Source: an uncultured Desulfospira sp. (GTDB lineage: Bacteria; Desulfobacterota; Desulfobacteria; Desulfobacterales; Desulfobacteraceae). Taken from it: a stretch of DNA of 64,000 nt. Every line of letters starts with the position of its first letter. The first letter of the stretch is position 1. The notes under the pieces were generated by a model. That model ran no database searches. It was not told the origin of the DNA and worked only from the letters and a program-made list of their open reading frames with translations. Positions 59,232 through 64,000 of the stretch are shown one piece after another. Location: NCBI GenBank assembly GCA_963663165.1, contig OY760175.1, forward strand, positions 1,280,001-1,344,000, in the 5' to 3' direction. Both the position numbers and the translations under genes were made by a program.

Positions 59232-59340
59232 CGAACTGTGCATTCTTTCAGCCTAAACACCTTCAGCCTAATTCCCTTTTTATTATCCCCATCAGCGGAA
59301 TGGCAGCACCTGTAATGCAAATGCCCTGAAGACCGAAAAC

Positions 59341-59502
59341 CTACTCCTTGATAATAAATTCATCGAGCTTTGTAAACATCTCTTCGGGCCACTCTTCAGC
59401 GTTGAGAAACAGGTCCTGCTCTTCTTGGGTTAAATTTTCCCTGACGGCCGGCGGCAGGCTCTCAAAGGCAATCTGCCGCTCTTTTTTTAATTTTTTGTCC
59501 AT
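59341..59502 (-). CDS. Small hypothetical protein (53 aa)
   Basis: MDKKLKKERQIAFESLPPAVRENLTQEEQDLFLNAEEWPEEMFTKLDEFIIKE*, with AGGA upstream. Below the ORF-track length cut-off. Confidence 0.65.
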   Translation of the reverse strand: MDKKLKKERQIAFESLPPAVRENLTQEEQDLFLNAEEWPEEMFTKLDEFIIKE

Positions 59503-59581
59503 ATTTTTGTCCTATTTTTTTGTTTGCGATCCTCATATGGTGTAACGAGGTTTAACGGTTTAAGTAAAAAGGCATCTTTGA

Positions 59582-60346
59582 TCAGGAATCCAATTCATAT
59601 ATGAGTCGAATCAGCTTATCGATCTGGTCGAATTGGATGCTGCCAAACCCAAGCTGTTTTAGATTTTGAGGTGGATCGGCAATCATTGCGTCCATATAGC
59701 ATTTAAAATCAGCCTTGACCCTTTCCGGAAGGGCAACGCGTTTCTCGGGATCAATAATTTGGGACAGTCGAAAAATATCATTTTTATGTTTTTTGATGTC
59801 ATGACTATCAACCTTTTCGCCGGCCTCTTTCCTTTCGGTAAGATCAAGCCAGGCCCTTGCTTTTAAAGGGATAATGGCCTCCGGGGGAACCGTTGGAATA
59901 CCATCCATATCAATTTTAGATTGATGGATTAAACCGTAATAGCCATCGTCCAGCAAAATTGCCGAAAGGCTTGATAATGTGTCATCCAACGGAATGGGCG
60001 TTAAATGGGCATCATCAGATAAATTCAATGCGTCTGGAATACGGGAAAAGAGTTCCAACACATCCGGGAATAAAGCATTTTCCGGATTGCAAAATCGGTA
60101 AAATAATTTTTTCCCTGTACTCCTCTGGGGGGTCTGGTACTTGCCGATTTTCACAAACTCCCAAAACGCCTTCGCAAAATCAATGTCTAAAGCCTCGACG
60201 CATAAAACAAGATCAAGGTCTTTAGTGGCCCTGAAATCCAGTCCGGCCTCATCCATGGAAAGAAAACAAGCCGCACCGCCAATCAGGACATATCGGTCAT
60301 TGAAGTCCTGGAAATGGGCCTTAAACTGATCAATCCCTTTTACCAT
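59582..60346 (-). CDS. Pol-beta-superfamily nucleotidyltransferase (AbiEii-like putative toxin)
   Basis: VLIGGAAC...RATKDLD motif; LKARAW...KHKNDI C-terminal motif. Confidence 0.75.
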   Translation of the reverse strand: MVKGIDQFKAHFQDFNDRYVLIGGAACFLSMDEAGLDFRATKDLDLVLCVEALDIDFAKAFWEFVKIGKYQTPQRSTGKKLFYRFCNPENALFPDVLELFSRIPDALNLSDDAHLTPIPLDDTLSSLSAILLDDGYYGLIHQSKIDMDGIPTVPPEAIIPLKARAWLDLTERKEAGEKVDSHDIKKHKNDIFRLSQIIDPEKRVALPERVKADFKCYMDAMIADPPQNLKQLGFGSIQFDQIDKLIRLIYELDS

Positions 60347-61329
60347 TCAACTTGTCCCATCATGTCTTTGAGCGCAAATTGAATGCGCTCGTCATGATCC
60401 TCTTTCATACTCAAAAAAAGAGAGAGGCGATCCACCACACCCTTTTCCCCAAACAACTTTGGGGCATACCGCCAGATTTCCACTTTGCCGGCATTGGGCT
60501 CGGCAGCATCCAGTATCATTAAATCATCTTTATGACAAATTTTTTTCCACTGTTTTCCCTCCAGGGCCATGACCGGATTTTCCGGCGCCGCCAAATTGGA
60601 ATAGCAGGCCAAAGCGGAAAGACCTGCGCTTAATCCATAGGGGTGGTTGGAAATATCCTTGACCCAGAAGCTTTTTTGAACAGGACTGCGCAAACGGTTA
60701 AGCGCATCTTCCCAAACCTGATTTTTATCCTGATTAAACCGCAGGATGCGCTCACGGCCTTCCATGGCTATGGTGCCAAGACCGGTTCCATCCAATTCAT
60801 CCAATGCACGGGTCATCGTCATGAGACTGTAGCCCAGTTCACCGGCCAACTTTTTGGGTGTTAATCGAAATTGCCCGTTCCCGTTCCGGCACAGGTAATA
60901 TAAAACAATCACCTGTGTGGAAGGGCTGAAACTTTCCCTGGTTTCCGTGATTTTTTTAAAATGCTCGCGTAGATCAATACCAAGAAATGGAAGGTACATT
61001 TGATTTAAAGGGATAACAAAAGGGATCTTATGCTGGATTAACCGTTTGCGATTGTATGCGGTCACCTTCTGCTGCAAGTAGAGTACCTCACCCTGCCATT
61101 TTTTACGGACCTGGTTTATATGTTTATGGATCGTTGCGGGGGTTTGATCGGCCGTGTCCCTGCTGGCCATTACCAGACAAGATGTCCTTAAAATACGGAC
61201 TTCGAAAAAAACATACCTCTCCTGGAGGAATATGGGCAGAATATCTGTATTTAACCATTGCCTGAGGGATACATCAATATCCAGTGTTTCCTTAAGATAT
61301 CGTTTTAAACTGTTTGCAAGCTGATCCAT
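60340..61329 (-). CDS. Winged-helix-containing protein (AbiEi-like putative antitoxin/regulator)
   Basis: Internal HTH TPKKLAGELGYSLMTMTRALDEL, C-terminal VDRLSLFLSM..DERI; overlaps the NTase start by 7 nt. Confidence 0.65.
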   Translation of the reverse strand: MDQLANSLKRYLKETLDIDVSLRQWLNTDILPIFLQERYVFFEVRILRTSCLVMASRDTADQTPATIHKHINQVRKKWQGEVLYLQQKVTAYNRKRLIQHKIPFVIPLNQMYLPFLGIDLREHFKKITETRESFSPSTQVIVLYYLCRNGNGQFRLTPKKLAGELGYSLMTMTRALDELDGTGLGTIAMEGRERILRFNQDKNQVWEDALNRLRSPVQKSFWVKDISNHPYGLSAGLSALACYSNLAAPENPVMALEGKQWKKICHKDDLMILDAAEPNAGKVEIWRYAPKLFGEKGVVDRLSLFLSMKEDHDERIQFALKDMMGQVEW

Positions 61330-61341
61330 AAACCCATCCTG

Positions 61342-61398
61342 ATAACATATTTATTGCACAATAGCACTTTGGATGTTATCGTGCAATAAATATGTTAT
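61342..61398. promoter_or_regulatory. Palindromic operator upstream of the AbiE-like pair
   Basis: ATAACATATTTATTGCAC-21 nt-GTGCAATAAATATGTTAT, with perfect 18-bp arms. Confidence 0.7.
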
Positions 61399-62109
61399 TT
61401 AATGAAACAGCCGGGAGATTAAAAACGGGACCGCCGTTTCCACCCGTAAAATGCGCGGCCCCAGGTTGTAAGAGATAAACCCCTGTTCTTCAAGGGTGTT
61501 AACCTCCAGATCAATGAACCCGCCCTCAGGCCCCACGGCCAGGACGGTCTTTTGGTTTACCCCGGCGGGACAACTTTGATCGGTTTTCGGATGGGCCGTG
61601 ATACAAAGGCACCCTTCGCCAATGCCGGGCAGCTCCTGTTTTACAAACCGGGTGAAAATCCGTTTCTTTTGGATCACCGGCATCACGGTGTCCCCGGCCT
61701 GTTCCAGCCCGAGGATCATGGATTTTTCAAGGCTTTCATCATCCAGCACCGGGCTTTGCCAGAAACTTTTTTCCACCCGCCACGAATTGACCAGAAAAAT
61801 TTGTTTTACCCCCAGGCTGGTCACACATTCAATGACCCTTCTGAGCATTTTAGGCCTGGGGAGGGCCAGTACCAGGGTTAACGGTAGGGGCGGCGGCGGC
61901 GGGGTGTCCAGAACGACTTCAAGTTCAGCCGCTGAGCTGTTGATGGACACAAGGGTGGCCCATCCCCGGTTTTCGTTCAAAAGGCCGCAGGCCATTTTCT
62001 GGCCGGGTTCGGCGTTGAGGACCTTGGCCAAATGGGTCAGCCGCCGGCCGGTCACCACGGCCCGTTGGGGGGAAATAAAGTCCTCGTCTTTGAGCAGGAT
62101 CAGGTTCAT
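61399..62109 (-). CDS. rsmE: 16S rRNA m3U1498 methyltransferase
   Basis: HLAKVL, LALPRPK, EQAGDT, AVGPEGGF, LGPRILRVETA. Confidence 0.93.
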   Translation of the reverse strand: MNLILLKDEDFISPQRAVVTGRRLTHLAKVLNAEPGQKMACGLLNENRGWATLVSINSSAAELEVVLDTPPPPPLPLTLVLALPRPKMLRRVIECVTSLGVKQIFLVNSWRVEKSFWQSPVLDDESLEKSMILGLEQAGDTVMPVIQKKRIFTRFVKQELPGIGEGCLCITAHPKTDQSCPAGVNQKTVLAVGPEGGFIDLEVNTLEEQGFISYNLGPRILRVETAVPFLISRLFH

Positions 62110-62111
62110 GG

Positions 62112-64000
62112 TTAAAAATGGACGGTTTCGCCTTTGGCAGCAAGGGTTTTAAAGCTTTGGACCCACGGCTGTCCTTCCATGAGAAACGCAAGCTCCTGGG
62201 CCAAATGAACCGGGATGATGTTAAGCCCTTTGTGGCGGCCCAGTCCCTGGATACAGGAGGGACAGTTGGTCAGTATCCTGGTGCCCTTTTCCGGCTGGGC
62301 GTCTTCTATGGCCTTGCGTTTTCTCATGAGCATGGAATGGCTGATATCCGGCCTTGACAGGGCCATGGTCCCGGCCTCGGAACAGCAGTGGGGCACAAAG
62401 GTAACATCCAAGCCAAGGTTCTTTAACAGGGACAGCCCTTTATCCTTTAAGGAGTCATGGCAGGGGGCATGGTAAAGATATGACCGGGGAAACTTGGGCA
62501 GCTGACCCCCTCTTTTAAGGACAAATCCTGAGACATCCTCTACAGCGGCACCAAATACCGACTCAATCCCGAGCCCGTCCAAAGATTCCATGCAGGTGCC
62601 GCAGGACACCAGGCAGCCGTCAAAGTCAAGATCATGGAACATCTCCCTGATCTGGGTTAAAATAATAATATTTTCCAGATTGATCCGGTCGGCTGTTTCC
62701 TTTTGGGCATTGACCTTTAAAGGATAGCCGCAGCAAAGAAACGGCGGCGGCAGGATGACCCGGCAGCCGGTTTTAAGCAAAATAAACAAGGAAGCCATGG
62801 CAATCTGGCCAAACACCCGTTCGCTGCCGCAGCCGGGGAAATAAAACACCGTGGAAACCACAGGGCCTTCAGGCTCCAGGACAACCGCCTGGTTCTTCTG
62901 GGTTTTGGGCAAAAAGGCCCGAAGGGTCTGGGGCGATGGGCTTGAAACCGGGCTTTTGAGCAGCTGAAGGGGACGGATGGCCTCAAGGGATTTTCTTTTT
63001 GCCACAGAAGACAGAAGCGCTGATCCCGTTTTCTGGGCCGCCGTCCCAATCCCTAAAAGGGCCGGGCGAAGAATGCGGTTGGAGACCGGCCTTTTTTCGG
63101 AAAGGTAATTTAAGGTCATCCGGGTGGGCACCGGCGTCTTTTTAAAGGCCATGGCCTTGAGGATTTTTCTTTCCTCAATGGAGATCAGGCCGGAATCTAT
63201 ATTGACCGGGCACTTGTCAAAACAGCGGTGGCAGATGGTGCAGTGATCGGCAATGTCTTCAAGGTGTTTCATGATCTTGAATCCCGTGGACTGGGTCCGC
63301 TGGGATATGTAGAGCATGGCCTCGATCAGGGCGCCGGTCCCAAGATTCTTGTTTCTGGGATGAAAGAACATGTTGCCGGCCGGGTTAAACACCGGGCACA
63401 TGGGCTTGCACTTGCCGCACCGCACACAGCCGGCAATCTTCATGGCCAGCTCGGACAGGGCGCCGTATTTTAAAATCCGGGCTTCAAGTTCCAGCAGATT
63501 AAAGGACGGGGTGAACACCTTGTCCATGATACCGGATTCAGACAGCTTGCCCGGGTTCATGATGCCGTCGGGATCTATCTTTTTCCGGTAAGCGGTAAAT
63601 TCTTCAATAATGCCGGTGTCCAGGTGTTTGAACTTGGTCACCCCGATGCCGTGTTCGCCGGATACCACACCGTTAAGGGCGGCGGCCTTTTCCATGACCC
63701 GGTCGGCGGTGACGGTGGCCCGGGACATCATTTCCCGGTCATTGGAAAACACCGGAATGTTGACATGGACATTGCCGTCCCCGGCATGCATGTGGGTGGC
63801 CACCACAATCAACCGGCTGCGGGTCTGCCGGTAAATCCGGTCCATGTTGTCCAGCAGCCGGGTGTATCCCCTTAAACTGTCCTTCACCTCTTTATAGAAG
63901 TTCTTTGAATGGATTTCAGCTTCAAGGGCGTCCCTGGATGCCATGTCCAGCTTTTTTTTATAACCGTATACCTGATTTTTGGCCCCTAAGACCTTATGGG
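62112..64000 (-). CDS. FAD-linked/Fe-S oxidoreductase (GlcD/GlcF-type fusion), 5' part outside the window
   Basis: HAGDGNVHVN, SGEHGIG, MNPGKL, CVRCGKCKPMCP, CTICHRCFDKCP and CCG motifs; the frame is open to the window end. Confidence 0.9.
   Translation of the reverse strand, partial: HKVLGAKNQVYGYKKKLDMASRDALEAEIHSKNFYKEVKDSLRGYTRLLDNMDRIYRQTRSRLIVVATHMHAGDGNVHVNIPVFSNDREMMSRATVTADRVMEKAAALNGVVSGEHGIGVTKFKHLDTGIIEEFTAYRKKIDPDGIMNPGKLSESGIMDKVFTPSFNLLELEARILKYGALSELAMKIAGCVRCGKCKPMCPVFNPAGNMFFHPRNKNLGTGALIEAMLYISQRTQSTGFKIMKHLEDIADHCTICHRCFDKCPVNIDSGLISIEERKILKAMAFKKTPVPTRMTLNYLSEKRPVSNRILRPALLGIGTAAQKTGSALLSSVAKRKSLEAIRPLQLLKSPVSSPSPQTLRAFLPKTQKNQAVVLEPEGPVVSTVFYFPGCGSERVFGQIAMASLFILLKTGCRVILPPPFLCCGYPLKVNAQKETADRINLENIIILTQIREMFHDLDFDGCLVSCGTCMESLDGLGIESVFGAAVEDVSGFVLKRGGQLPKFPRSYLYHAPCHDSLKDKGLSLLKNLGLDVTFVPHCCSEAGTMALSRPDISHSMLMRKRKAIEDAQPEKGTRILTNCPSCIQGLGRHKGLNIIPVHLAQELAFLMEGQPWVQSFKTLAAKGETVHF

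Overview
This 64-kb chromosomal window most likely comes from a sulfate-reducing deltaproteobacterium (Desulfobacteraceae-like; inferred from gene content only). The core genes are two ABC-F ATPases, ppdK and its regulator PDRP, a TRAP transporter, CBS-ACT, Usp, sensor kinases, lysM-recC-recB (no recD), degP with a two-component pair, rsmE and an FAD/Fe-S oxidoreductase. Accessory content is as follows. (1) A minus-strand three-gene unit encodes a PEP-CTERM-type cohesin-like protein, YibE/F and a dockerin-bearing secreted metallophosphoesterase, behind Pho-box-like 11-bp-periodic repeats. It is a candidate cellulosome-style surface display system for phosphate scavenging and the top finding. 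(2) An Fe-S/CCG protein is split in the ORF track by an in-frame TGA followed by a SECIS-like hairpin, so it is probably a selenoprotein. (3) Two type II TA modules appear to have lost both toxins in one deletion. (4) An AbiE-like regulator/nucleotidyltransferase pair has a palindromic operator. (5) An AraC/TonB/ABC/DUF364 metal-uptake cluster has two homologous leader terminators. (6) Two MITEs with clear terminal inverted repeats and target duplications each interrupt a gene. (7) Several families of inverted heptamer-type repeats and REP-like units occupy many intergenic regions. No rRNA, tRNA or CRISPR array was recognised. All family calls come from reading motifs by eye; no database searches were run.
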